Shown piece after piece: positions 38,871 through 51,900 of a stretch of DNA of 64,000 nucleotides; the stretch's first letter is position 1; the number at the start of each line of letters is the position of its first letter. The translations under genes were made by a program, and so were the position numbers. Source of the DNA: Vicugna vicugna (taxonomy: Eukaryota). The notes beneath the pieces were generated by a model. It was not told the origin of the DNA and did no database searches. It worked only from the letters and a program-made list of their open reading frames with translations. Location: contig MU058636.1 in the NCBI GenBank assembly GCA_013265495.1, positions 7,642,295-7,706,294 of the forward strand, written 5' to 3'.

Positions 38871-41800
38871 ATACCAAAGCTGTAACTGACAAAGAGGATG
38901 AAGAGTCAACAGTACTTCAGTTCTGAAAAAGGAGGCAGACAAATGGTAACTAACAGAACAGACCTGAGAAAGCTGAAGCCTACACTGTCAGTCAGGAAAT
39001 CAGAGAAGCAGCCCCATTTACAGCACCTCCTAGAACCTCCAAAAGGCACGGGAGCTGATGGGATCCAGCCTTCCTCTGGAAGAGGGAGTAGAGGGAGAGC
39101 TGGGAGAAAGGACTGATTAAAAGCTATTTACAAAGTAAGACCCTCAGACCTCTCCCACACCAAGCACCCGGGACACTATTTCTCTCTAGCCCTGAAAGAA
39201 GACTGGATGTTGTAATTCAAAAAAGCATAAAATAAAATGTCTCTGCACGGGACTTCCAGGCATGATTAAGGGTAAATACAAAAGCAGGAGGATTAAATGA
39301 AAAATTACATCCTGAATACTGGACCTTCAGCCTTCTCTCCGCGACTTGGTTCTTAGAGTTCTAGCAGCTGGGTACCGCTCCAGAGAAAAGGTAGGTGCGT
39401 TCCCTGAGAAATCTGACCACCACCAGGAGGAGAGATCTAAAGACAGTGACACTGAGAGTTTTCCAAGGAAAACTGTCCAAGCAATTAACTCTTGAAAGAA
39501 GTGAAGGTTGGTAAGTTCTACCTCAGAGTCTCCAATTAACTCTTTAGTGCCTCAATCTTATATATAAGAAGACTACTAAGAATCAGAAAACAGATGAGGA
39601 AAACGTCTAGTATGAAAGAAAAGAAAAATAACAATGCAATTTGGTTGAAATGGACAATATGCTGGGAGAAGAACATTTCAAAAAACCTTTATACCAACAT
39701 AAAGAAAAATATACTATTGCCATCTATAAAATAAAAACAGGACATACACATCCAAAAAAAAAAAACCCCAAAAAGAACTAAAGGAGCTTTTAGAAATTAC
39801 ACACAGAGTATCTGGAAGGAAAACTTAATAGAGGGATGAGAAGAAAAGGTTATAAAATTATAGAAAATGTCTACAAAGCAGAGCAAAAAGAAAAAGATAA
39901 AAATTGGAAAGGACATACAAAAACATCAGAGAGAACTCAGTTTAGGTTGAATATCTGAAATAATTAGATTTCCAGAAATAGAGAATTGATTTAAAAAATT
40001 ATGGGTAGACGAGTTAAAGAAATAATTCAAAAAATTTCCCAGAACTGGAAAGCATGAAACCCCAGATTGAAAAGACCAGTGGACAAAGGATGAAAAAAGA
40101 TCCACAACCATGAAGTTTCAGAAAACTAGGCTCAAAGGGACCATCTTAAAAGGGTTTATCCAAAAAAGAAAAGAAAAAACAGAAACAGTACCATTAATTT
40201 ACAATCCTGAGTGAAAGTAACTTCCAAACCCAGCGAAGTAATTGCTCAGATATTACATCTGTTTCTTAGATTCCATGTTTGATGAAAGGAATCCCAAGGC
40301 TGAAGAAAGGAGTTCACAAGACGACAAATATGCAACCAATTCATACCAGAGCAGAGGACAAACTCTAGAGAAGATGTCTTCAAGCAACTAAAATTGACAG
40401 AATCCCTAATGCATTTGAGAAGAGATCTACACAACTATGGGAGGACTCAGGTTTAATTAGTGATAAATACACAGTAAACTAAGGAAATAAATATCAAGAC
40501 AATTATTAACTCCAGGGAAAGCAAGATGCTGAGCTAGAAAGAAAAGTAACTGTATGTACCACATATTTCAGTTTTGATTAATATCATAATAATTTAATAA
40601 TGAATCTTGATACATTGATACAAGCAAAGTTATGATACAACCATATTCAGAAGATGGGAAGATGGATAGATAGAACGTTTATGTACGTGTGGTATAGAAT
40701 GGAAGACCTAAAAATCTCATCTTTCCCAATAGGAAGTTAATGGGTAACGCCTAACACTGAAAAATAGTGGCAATATAAGCATCCTGTTTAGAGATGACTC
40801 TGTCTAGAAAGGCCAAAAGAATTGGTAAGAAGATTGATATAAGCTATCTTTGGGAGTAACAAGTGAAGCTGGGGTAGTGGGAACTCTTTGCTGCAAGCCT
40901 TATACAAATATTTAATTCTCAGTAATATGTGCACGATAAAAAAATTACTTACTAATTTTTAAAAAGCAAGCTGAAGCCTAGCAACTGTCTAATAGGATTA
41001 CTGTGTTAATTAACTGCATATGTAATTTAAAATTTTCTAACAGACACATTTAAAAAGTAAAAAGAAACTTCAGTGATATTTCATTTATCCAAATACATCC
41101 AAAATATTGTTTCACCATGTAGCCAATATATAAATTATTAATGAGATAGTTTACGTTATTTTTTCACATTGTCATAGAACCTAGTGTTTTACGCTCAAAG
41201 CATATCTCAATTCCAGCCACCTTCATCCAGAGCGTTCAATACCCACACATGCCTGCTGTTATTGGACACTGCAGCTTTAGTCTTTTCCTGTGATCTCATT
41301 AAACTTATGACAGGATAATTTAAAGGATTTAAGGCTGTTTTAGCAACAATCCACATTATAAAGGCAACACTGAAAGCAGCCTAACCATGCTTTCTTATCT
41401 GAAAAACAGATTTTTCAACCTTATCATGTAGCACTTTCATGGTAGTGGAGAGAATATATTTAGTCCCCAATTCAGAAAACATCATATACAACTGACCATA
41501 ATCAGCCCTTACTTGCCCTACTGCAAATCCACTGTCAAATTCCCTGGAAGTCTACTTTAGAACATCAGTAGAATGCTTCCCCTTTCCACAGATCCTTCCC
41601 TTTCTTCCTTCAGAAATCAGTGGATAGGAATTCTGCACTCTTCCTTCCTTAGGGTACAAGGAGGATAAGAGTTCAGGAAGCAAGAGAGCAGAAGTCAAAT
41701 AGCCTTTTGTGAGCTGATTTGGGAATTGAACCAGCATTAAGTTTGTCCAATTGACTTGAATAGGGTCTTGAACAACACTGGGGCACAGCAGGGCACCTAC

Positions 41801-42201
41801 TTTTTTGATACGTGCCACAAGACACCACTATTACCAAGGCACCATTTACAGAGTGTTTAAAGTGTGCAGGAGACTATGCCAGATGTTTATTTCATTTAAT
41901 CCTTACAAACAACTACTGAGGCACTGTTACTACCATTAGGTACTTGGCAGAGAAAAAAACAGGTTGAAAGCCAGTAAATGCCTTAGATCACATGTTTTTG
42001 AAAGACTCTGGAGCTAAGAATTATTTTCCCATTTTTAAAGGGTTATAAAAACTAGGATATGCAACAGAGATCGTATGTGACCCACAAGCCTAAAATATTT
42101 TACAATCTATTACCTGGTACTTTACAATAAAAAAAAGTGTATTAACCCACTGCCCTTGATCACAATGTTAAACAGTTCAATTTCAAAACTAATCCTCTAA
42201 A

Positions 42202-42417
42202 TCAGAGTTTCTCAATCTCTGTCTGATTGACATTTTGGGCTGAACAGTTCTTTGTTATAGGAGGCTGTCCTCATCACTGTAGGATATTCAGTCGCACTCT
42301 GATCTGTATCTGCTAGATGCCAACACCCACCTCCACCTGCCATGTGACATCAAAAATGTCTCCAGACATTGCCAAATGCACCCTGGCAGCAAAATCATCT
42401 TCACTGATAACCACTGC
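42202..42417 (+). mobile_element. MER20 (hAT-Charlie)
   Basis: cagagtttctcaatct...gacattttgggctgaacagttctttgt...aaatgtctccagacattgccaaatg...ataaccactg. Confidence 0.8.
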
Positions 42418-45400
42418 TCAAATAGTCTTCAAATTAGGGAATGTGTACCCCTAGGGTACATGAAGACTTGTCAAGGAACATGTTCCAAAAACATATGTAA
42501 TTTTAAGAAAAAGGCTTCCACAGATCCCTCTACTTCCACTTAGTTCTCCTCACTAACACTGGTCTGCCTGGGAATATGCCTGTAGTCCAGCTATCACATT
42601 GTTGTTTTTCCTCTTCCAAACTCCTTTCACAATCTTCTCACTTTACAAAAAATACCTCTTACCCATTCCTATTTTTACTATGGTGTATTCCCCAGAATGG
42701 AAAAGCATGGTAGGATGGAACAGCCCAAAAAAGTCAGCGTTGTCGATTTCAACTTAGGCAGAACTTCAACTACCCATCATGTTAAGATATAAATTTCCAT
42801 TAAAATTCTATTTTTCATATTTAATTATTCTTTATCAAAACCCATCCGGTATTATGCTGTTCTGACCATCGATTACTACTTGTAAATATTCAATCCAGAA
42901 GAAAAATAACTCCTAGAGTTACAATCATAGGAGAAATTTTAATTTTTTAGTTTCAATTTATACAAATATTTTTATTAAAGACAAATATAATAGAGAATCA
43001 AAAGCTTTCAAGCATAAGTACATTATATTAAGGTCACATTCTGTGGAGGTGGGTAAAAATGAAAGTACAATTTCAAGAAAAAGGAACTGTGTATGATATT
43101 ACATATTTTTAAAACTGATGGTGATGGATACAAAAGTGCAATATTATACTCTTTGGGATATAGTTAAAAGTACCAATTTTATACTAAAATGTCAGTATCT
43201 ATACGAAGTGGGAAACTGTATCCTTTCCAAGCACATAATAGTATGATGCAAAATGTTATAAATTAACCTAAACGTGTGCAAGGGGGATAGCTTTACAAAA
43301 ATTATTTTGGGGGTTCATAAGCAAATTAAAAGCCCTACTCTAAAACCACTCACAAGTATACTATACAACAAACAAAACTCACATGGTCTGTGGCATTTAG
43401 AAGCACCATAATTTACTACCTTTTATTAAGCTCTTTGGATGTACTTGGCACTGTTCTATGCTCCATTTAATCCTCTTATCTTTGGAGAGTAAAATCTGAT
43501 TTAGAAAATATTTTTCATATATTGAGCAGCTTGCTTAAAGACTAGTAAATGAGCTAGTAAACGGAAGTGAGATTCAAAGAGCCAGGCACAATATATATTT
43601 GTCAAGAAAATTAAATGAAATGTCTGATGCCAAAGCTAAACCTCCTGAAATGCTCACAAGTTAGCAGACTGTGGGAGGGGAATTCGGTGTGTTTCATGGT
43701 AGAAAGACTTTTCACTCAAGCCCTAAAGTATAGACAGCATTTAAAGGCAGAAAGAAGGAATGATAAAGGAACCCTACGTAGAAGCAGTACCTTGCATATG
43801 TCTTTACTTCAGCGCTTACTTCACATAGTGTTTTGAAAGATTTCCTAAATACTGTGTCACTAGAGGAAAAGGGGCCATGGCTATTCAAAGCGAAGGCAGG
43901 CGCGCGCGCATGCGCGTGCGTAAGAGGGGGGGTGGGGAGCGTGATTCCACGGGTCAGCAGCAGCTGAACAGCCTTCCTTGCTAGGCACCTCCACTTTGAA
44001 GACAGAAAAAAAATTAGCAGGGAGAAGAGCCTGGATATTTATCAGGTGAAATGTAGCTGGGAATCTCAGCATAGAAAAAGTCAGTATTAAAATATTATGT
44101 TTTTATTTTGTGATTGCTCTAGGATTTGCTTTATTCTCAGTAGCCTCTGAGAAAATTCATTTCACAGGGATAGGGACTATAGAACGGTGACTTAAAAAAA
44201 AAAAGCCTATCAAATCCCTAACCTAGTTAAGTACTTATCAAATGTCTTGGAAAGATAAAAAATTATTACATGGTTTCACGCTTTATCTTTTACAGTTGAG
44301 AATAGTAAAAGTCTTTGAAATGTCAATCTAAAGTATTAAAACAGTGCCTACACCACTATAACCATCTTAAATCAAATCAAAACGTGGCTCCAGCTACCAA
44401 TGGCGCATTTATTTTTTAATCTTTTTTTTAACTTTCTAATAAAAGAAGTAAAATGTTATTTGTTTCAAACATAACCATGCGCGCGCTTTAAAAACTATTG
44501 AAGAGCAAAGGTAAAACTCTGAACCAAACACTTATTTCAATCTTGTAAACACTGAAACTAGTGACAATTATGCTAACGGTCAAATCACAAGCAGTGTTTA
44601 ACAATAGTCATTTATCTCCCGACAAGGAGCATAAGTTGCATTAATGCCTGCCTATCTGGTGGCCCTTAACCGAAAAAAAAAGGAGAGGTAATTTTTCCCG
44701 AAACATGTAACTGCCTCCTGTAGCATCCCACCCTATTCTAGCTTGCTAGGGAAACTATAAACATTGACTTTCCTGAAAGCCCCACAGGTAAGAAACAGCA
44801 CACATAAGAGAAAAACTGTTTCAAACAGGTTTCATATATAAGTCACCAAATGAAGCCTGTTAATGGAACAAGAGAATGAGTTAATAAAAAAACAAACAAA
44901 CAATAGCTCCATTTACAACGGGGGGGGGGATTCTTACATTACCTTTTGTTCAGCTTTTGGAAATTTCAAAGAAAAATGTTGAATTCTTAGATATTCAAGG
45001 CCCTATTTCACAGGCAACAACAATCCTGAAGGAGAATTCATTAAATTACAATACAACAAAGCAAATCTGGAGCATCCAAGAGACAGAGTGAAGCAATTCA
45101 CTACAACTGCGGAGTGGAACACTGGGCCAACCCCACAGTAACGCAATAATGCCGTGTCACGAAACTGCGCATTTCCAGAGAAACTTTTTCCAGACACAGA
45201 AATTAAGTCGGAGGCTCCTCTGCAGCGCTTAATCCCTAACAAACACGAATACCTGGACTCGAAAGAGGACTATCACGCGTTACCCATCCCTAATGTTGCT
45301 GTAAAGAACGGTCATCGAACTTTCACGAAGCTGGAAGCGCTGGGTTAGGGCGAATAATCGCTGCGATTTTCAAAGCCAAGGTAAACAACAGGGGGTGGGG

Positions 45401-45609
45401 GGCGTAACAATGGTCAATAGAGACGCCCCTAGGACGACTGTAGGGCAAGAAAGGCAGAGCTCCCCATCCCGACAGTCAATAGGGGAGGGGGCCTACGGAG
45501 CTCGAAGATTACGTGAATACATGAGATAGGGGTTAACTAAGAACAACTTCTCAAACTATTCTCTCCCGAAACCTCTCCCTTCATCGAAAGTTTCATCTCT
45601 GAGACTAGG

Positions 45610-46330
45610 GTGGGGGCCCGAGGCCTTCCCGGCCCTTCCCGCCCAGCCCGGCAGCTCGCGGGGCCGGGGCGCCCACGCCACCCGCCCGCCGTGGGGGCCC
45701 ACGCAGGGGCGACTCCGTCCCGCCGGCCGCCGCCCCACCTGTGCCTTCCAGGCTCCGGCGCTTCGGCGCCTCGAGAAGAGCTCCCCGCTCGGCGGCCGCA
45801 GCCCAGGGCCGGCTCCCTCAGACGGACGCCGCGGCCAGGCGCTCGGCCGGGACCCGCCCGCGGCTCTCGGCGCCCCGCACCCGCGCGACCGCACGCCGCG
45901 ACTGACAAAGCGAGCCGAGCCGCGCGCTCCGCAGCGCGCCACGTCACGCGGCCGCGCCGCCCCGCCCACCAGCCCGCTCCCGCGTGACCCGAGCGCCGGC
46001 GCGCGGCCCCCGCCGGCCGGCCTCCACGTGACGCCCACTCGGGCGGCCTCCCCGCGGGCTTGTGGTCGCCTTCCCGGCGTAGGTGCTGTCCACGCTGACC
46101 TTCCAGATGGCCTCTGGGGAGACGTCAGTCCATTGCGAACCCCTCAGTCGCCATAAAACTCGGGGGTAGAAAAGGATCGAGGGCGGAAGGCCCCAAGAGA
46201 ACCTCCTGGGCGTGAACCCCCGACCAGGGTCCCCCGGCCACGTGGACAGCCTCCGCGCTTGCGCAATCTCTCACTGTCCGCGGACCCTGGGCGGCTGGAG
46301 GGACTGGGCTAGAGCCGTGGGCGGTGGGAG
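45610..46330. promoter_or_regulatory. SPART: SPART CpG-island promoter and non-coding first exon(s)
   Basis: Very GC- and CpG-dense block 8.4 kb upstream of the ATG exon, which itself opens with an acceptor. GC boxes, E-boxes, and candidate donors CACAG|gtgggg (exon end 45739) and GGAAG|gtcagc (exon end 46100). Confidence 0.9.
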
Positions 46331-46527
46331 CCCTAATGTGTAGGGGAGCCCTGTGTGCTAGAGGTCTGTAGCACTTTGGTAAAAAATGTTAAATTCCTGA
46401 CGCTTAAGGATAAATAGCAAGTGTGCTAATACCGTTTAAGATTATGGAAAGCTGAAAGGGGGAAATCAAAGTGAACATACTCTGTTTTTCTTCAACTTTC
46501 TTTGAAATTGGTGAAATATGATAGATG

Positions 46528-46980
46528 TGTGGACAGGGAATGTTGCCTGCCTTTCCAGTTCTACAAGGATCAAGCCAATGCAGCGGCCCCTGCCCTCCTC
46601 CCCCCCAATTCCAAGTGAGCCCTGAGGGGAGTTCAGGATGAAGAAAAACTTCAAGGGTTCTGTGCTTTGGATACTGGCCCTAGATAGTTAAGATGCATAT
46701 CTGAGGATTAATGAGCCCAGACTCTTGCATCTTTCCATACATAGGAAAGCACTAAGATAATTAACTTTAGATGGTTGTTCTTTGCAATTAGCAGTAATCT
46801 TTTGATGTTCTACTACTTAAAAAAAAAAAAAAAGACCTGTATATCCTGGCTGCTCCTTTCTCTCTTCAGAGCAGTTCCTCAGAGTTGTCAGAGAGCTGGT
46901 CTGGGCAACAGTCCTCAGTAAGTTCACCAAATAAAACCTATCTTGCATCTTTTAGGTTGTGTGTTTTTCTTCAGTCGACA
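46528..46980 (+). mobile_element. ERV1-type solo LTR with 4-bp TSD GATG
   Basis: tgtggacaggg...ttcagtcgaca; GATG at 46524-46527 and 46981-46984; AATAAA at 46930-46935. Confidence 0.85.
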
Positions 46981-47659
46981 GATGACAGATTTTATGCTCT
47001 AGAATAGACCTGCCTTTAAAAAGCAATATACTTAAACACACATATATATGAAGTGCCCTGAGCTTTTAAGATGAGCAAAGTGACTTGTTTAAGGATGGCA
47101 ATGACTTAATTCTAGATGATTTGTTACACCCTCAAACAAAATTAATTAATGATGGGGAGTGTTGGGTGACTACTGGGGGAGTCTTTTAAATTTAAAATTT
47201 GGTACTTACCTTTCTGAGAAATCTCAGAAAGATAACAGCCAGCTATTCCAAAGAGAAAAACCTATTTAAAATATATACAGTAATACAATGTTTTTAAAGA
47301 TTTTGCTCTTATACCCTTTAAAAGAATTCTGAAAAACTATGACTGTGTACCTTCTCTCTCATTTTTAGATTGAGCATCAAAATTTGTCATCTCACTTAAA
47401 TAGTTGCAAAGGATGCAAACTGTTAAATTGACATTCTACAGAAAAACAGTTACATAACTCTTTCAAATGTAGCCAGTGGGAAAACTAAATACCAGACAAT
47501 TTTATATGCATCATCAGTTTTTAAAACTACATTAACAAGCTTTTCTTTAATAGGAGGAAATTTTACGTCATTCCTTTTTGCTCTTGAATTCATATTTCCA
47601 TATCACTTGATGAAATTTTATCCCAACATAATAGTTATGTATTCTGGTTAGATATGACC

Positions 47660-48900
47660 CCAAAATATAAAAAAATGGTGAACTGTACTTCATCAAAATT
47701 AAAACCTTTTGCTCTTCAAAAGACATCATCAAGAAATTGAAAATATAACCCATAGACTTTGAGAAAATATTTCAAATCATCATACCTTACTTGTATTTCA
47801 AATATATAAAGAACTGCTAAAACCTAATAATTAACAAGATAAGTAATATACTTTTAAGTGGGCCAAAGATTTGAACAGACATTTCTCCAGAGATTTACAA
47901 AAGTCCAGCAAACAAATGAAAAGATTCTCAATGTCATTAGTCTTTAGGGAAATGCAAATCAAAAACACAATGCGATGTCACTACTTGTGCACTAGAATGG
48001 TTGTAATAAAAAAAGACAGATACTAACAAGTGTTGTACAAGGATGTGGAGAAATTCAAACCCTCATGCACTACTGGTAGCAATATAAAATGATGCAGCCA
48101 TTTTTTGATAAACTGTTTCTTAAAAAGTTAATACATAGACTTACTACATGACCTAGCAATTCCACTCATAGGTGGAATTGTGGAAATTGTGTAGGCATGT
48201 TTTCATTTCACTTGGTTCAAAAAAAATTGAATGATGCTGCTGTTATAAAACTCCTTCCACTTGTACTTATTTAGTTTGTTTAGGTGGATAGAGTTTCTCA
48301 GTTTTCACATCTGTAAATATTAAAATTGAAATAGAATTGGTGCTGAATTGTCTTGTTCTGGAAGTAGAATACATGTAATACAAACAATAACACACATACC
48401 TGTACACACATACAAAGTGCACAAGTATACTTGACAAATGTTCATAGCAACATTATTTAAACAGCCCAAAAGTGAAAACAACCCAAATATCAACCCACCA
48501 GTGAATGGATCTTTGAAAATGTGGTATATTCATACCATGGAATATTGTTCTGTCCCCCAAAATGAATGAAATACTGATATATACCACAACATGTATGAAC
48601 CTCAGAAACATGTATTCTCAATGGAAGAAGCCAGAGATGAACATATATTTCTGTTTCCAGAATTTTTTTGAAAGGTAAACATACAAAGACAGAAAGTAGA
48701 TTGTTGGTTGTCTAGTGTGGGGGTTTGTAATGAAATTGGCTATAAATGGGCACAAGGCTTTCTTTTTAGGGTAATGAAAATGTTCTAAAATTAGATTGTG
48801 TTGATAGTTGCACAGCTCTGTCACTATAATAAAATCCACTGAATTACACATTTAAGATGAGTGAATTTTATGGTATACAAATTATATTTAAACAGTTAAA
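47660..48900 (+). mobile_element. L1MB/MC-like 3' fragment
   Basis: acttcatcaaaattaaaaccttttgctcttcaaaagac...agggaaatgcaaatcaaaaacacaatg...aatgttctaaaattagattgtg. Confidence 0.8.
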
Positions 48901-51900
48901 AATATCTCCTGGATTGATTATAATTTTTTACATTATATGTATTTTAAGTTTGTATAAACATGTATTGAACAAAGAGCGTATATTTATTGGAAATAGATCT
49001 TGAAGTGAAAGGGACTTTTTTCAATTAATTCATATATTTGTGGATGATTATCACTTATTTCTGGAATGGGACAGAATTCAGCATCAATCCTGTCCTTATT
49101 TTAATATTTAAAAATGTAAAGCCTGAGAAACTCTGTCCACAGAAACAAAACAAAGTTAACAGAAGGAATTTTATAACAAAATTGTCACTCAATTCTTTGA
49201 ACTACTTCCAAATCATATGCCCCAAATCACTTTATGATAAATTGTTCAAATTTGTTTTTTAATCCAATTGATCCTTCTTCTGTTTTTTTTTTTAAATTAG
49301 AAAATTGGAAATCACTTTCCTGCAAAAATATTTGTCACCAAGTGGCTATAGTTATTCACTTCCTCAATTTCTGGGAAGAACACCAGAAAGGCTTCACTAA
49401 GAGTGACCATCTGGGACCATTGAGGCCCCAGGATTCTTAGCAGTCCCACACTCAAGGTAGTGGCTCCATCCCACTAGTGGCGGCTGGGCAGAAGAAGGGA
49501 TGAAGAAAACTTAAAGGGCTCTGTGCTTTGGATGCTGGCCTCCCCACACTCACTTAGAACTCAGCCTCAGTTGTAGGTAGCTGGAGGCAGGAGGAGAAAT
49601 GCAGGTGCCCTGCCCTCCTAGGCAGACAGCCCTCCCACTGCTAGTGATGGGGAGAGGGAGCCCTGTGCTCTCCGCTGTACCAATCTGAAGAGGCGGTTCT
49701 GCCTCACTGAGCTGGAAGGGTAGAGGGAGGGAGTAGCTCCACTGACCTTCACTGTTCTTACGGAGTTTTGGATCTTTGGGGAAGTGGTCTACAGGGCTCC
49801 TCATGCCAGAAGTGGAACTCTCAATAAGCTGCATTTTAATTGCCCTACTGAAAACGCACAACAAATCTAAAATCACGCTGAAGTTTCCATCTCTGTGTTT
49901 TATCCTGTATAACTTGATTAATTTAATAGCCCTGGAAAACATTACCACTGTATGTTAAATGATCACCATAATGTGTGTAACTTGTTTAATCATCAGGACC
50001 CCTTATTTGCACAAAGTCCTTCCAAGGCAGCCCTTGAAATGTGCTCACATAGATGTTTGAATAAAATTCGCAGAAAGAAAAAGCTTTTAGCCACAATCAG
50101 TTAAGACCACTGACTCTTTGCACTTGACTTTCCTTCCTGTCCTTGGTGTTGACATGGCTGTAGCACTTTGCAGATCTGGGTAAGGACAATTTGAGTTGGT
50201 TGTACATTTAATTTTTGCTTTATGACATATGTTTATAGTTGCTTCTGTCTATCGTTAAGTTATCACTAGCCGTAGTGTCGTGGCATTGACTTCCAGGAAT
50301 ATCCCCACTCTGCTGGCTGACCCTGTACCCTAACATAAAGATAGCAGTCAAGGGTCATACTGCTTTGTGAATGTGTCCTACGGTGCACAGCATCAAAAAG
50401 CTGGTGGAGGAGAAACAATGTTCGAAATACATGGAGCCAGAAGCTAATCTATTTAAAATTATTCCAGTCATCAGATTTGTAAAAGCATAAGCAAATAATT
50501 TGGTTCTCATCAATGCCTAGTCAAAAACCTATTCCTAATTCTTAAAAGTTTGATGACAATTGTAAAAACTTACATGACAGTATCAATATTGAATTGTGAA
50601 GCTGAAATAAACTTTTCTATACTATGGTTTAAAAACGAATCTTAATAAACCATGCTAAAGGAAGAATTGAATTCTCAATTTTTTTCTATGGCATAGATTA
50701 CAAAATCATTTTCATATGAAGAAATAATCAGAATACAGAGCCAAGAAAGTTAAGAAAAAAAGTAACATGGGATATGTTCACTACCTGATTAATAAAAGAG
50801 TTATGTCATTTTTCTGGTGATATCTGTACTATTTGTCAGCTTTTTAAAATTTGTAATTTTGGTGATTTTTCATTCTTAATAAATATGCTCTTTTGTTCCT
50901 AATTTTGTTTTTTCTTACAGAAGTCCACCCAAATTATAAAAGCAGCAAGCATCACATAACTGGATCTGCCCTGTTCCTTAGGTTGAAGTGGTACTTGAGA
51001 TTAGTAAAAAAAAATAATTGCTTATCTCTAAAAATATGTAAAAAGCCATTTTAAACATTTATTATATCTTGCTGAAATAATAAAAAGAAAAAGATCAGAC
51101 GGTCAAAACAGATTCACAAGAATCAGAGCTTTTACCTAGGATTAAACTCTATTAATAATTCCAAAGGTTACAGGGGACTACGAGATACTCGAAAATAATG
51201 AAGATGTCTGAAACCACCAACCCAGCTTCCCAGGTTTTCCCACACCGTCTAGGAACATGCCCTGGCCCAGACCTAGCATTTGACGTCACCAGGTAAGCAT
51301 GCCAGGTATCACACAAGCGGAACTACTTCCGTCATGAGCTATCTCCAATTTATACTTAGAAAATTACATGGTTGACTCTGACATTGCCTCTGGGCCATTC
51401 CATGTACAGCCATAAATTCCATGTTCATTTACCTTAAACCATCTGCACAGACCATTTCATAGATGGGACTCTCCACTATCTGTCCACCTCTGTATACCTT
51501 TGCCCAATTAACATGTTTGCAGGGAGATTTGATTTGGTCATTTCCACCTGGGCATCGAAAGCTAGCAATAATTGGTTACAGTCCAGCTGCTAATACTTAA
51601 CTTCCAACTTATTTCCCCTCTTTTGTTCCCACCAGATTCTTCTCAAAGGCAGTGCATTCTCTAACAATAGTGAAGAATTGGAAGAGACAGGAAGTCTTTA
51701 AATGAAATTATCATTTTTTTCACACCCTCCCCACACTCTATAATATATTTGATTTACTAACATCCCTCCAAAATACCTCTCCTTTTCTATGGTCTTTACC
51801 TGAAATATGGATCTCTAAACTTTGCTTTATGGTGGTTTAAAAGCTGTTTCTCCCAAATTGTACTTTGAATTGTCCTTTTATTTGGCACTCTTGAGATTTT

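Noticed and set aside
45537..46038. Arg/Pro/Ala/Gly-rich ORFs on both strands
   Set aside because: An artefact of stop-codon-poor CpG-island sequence.
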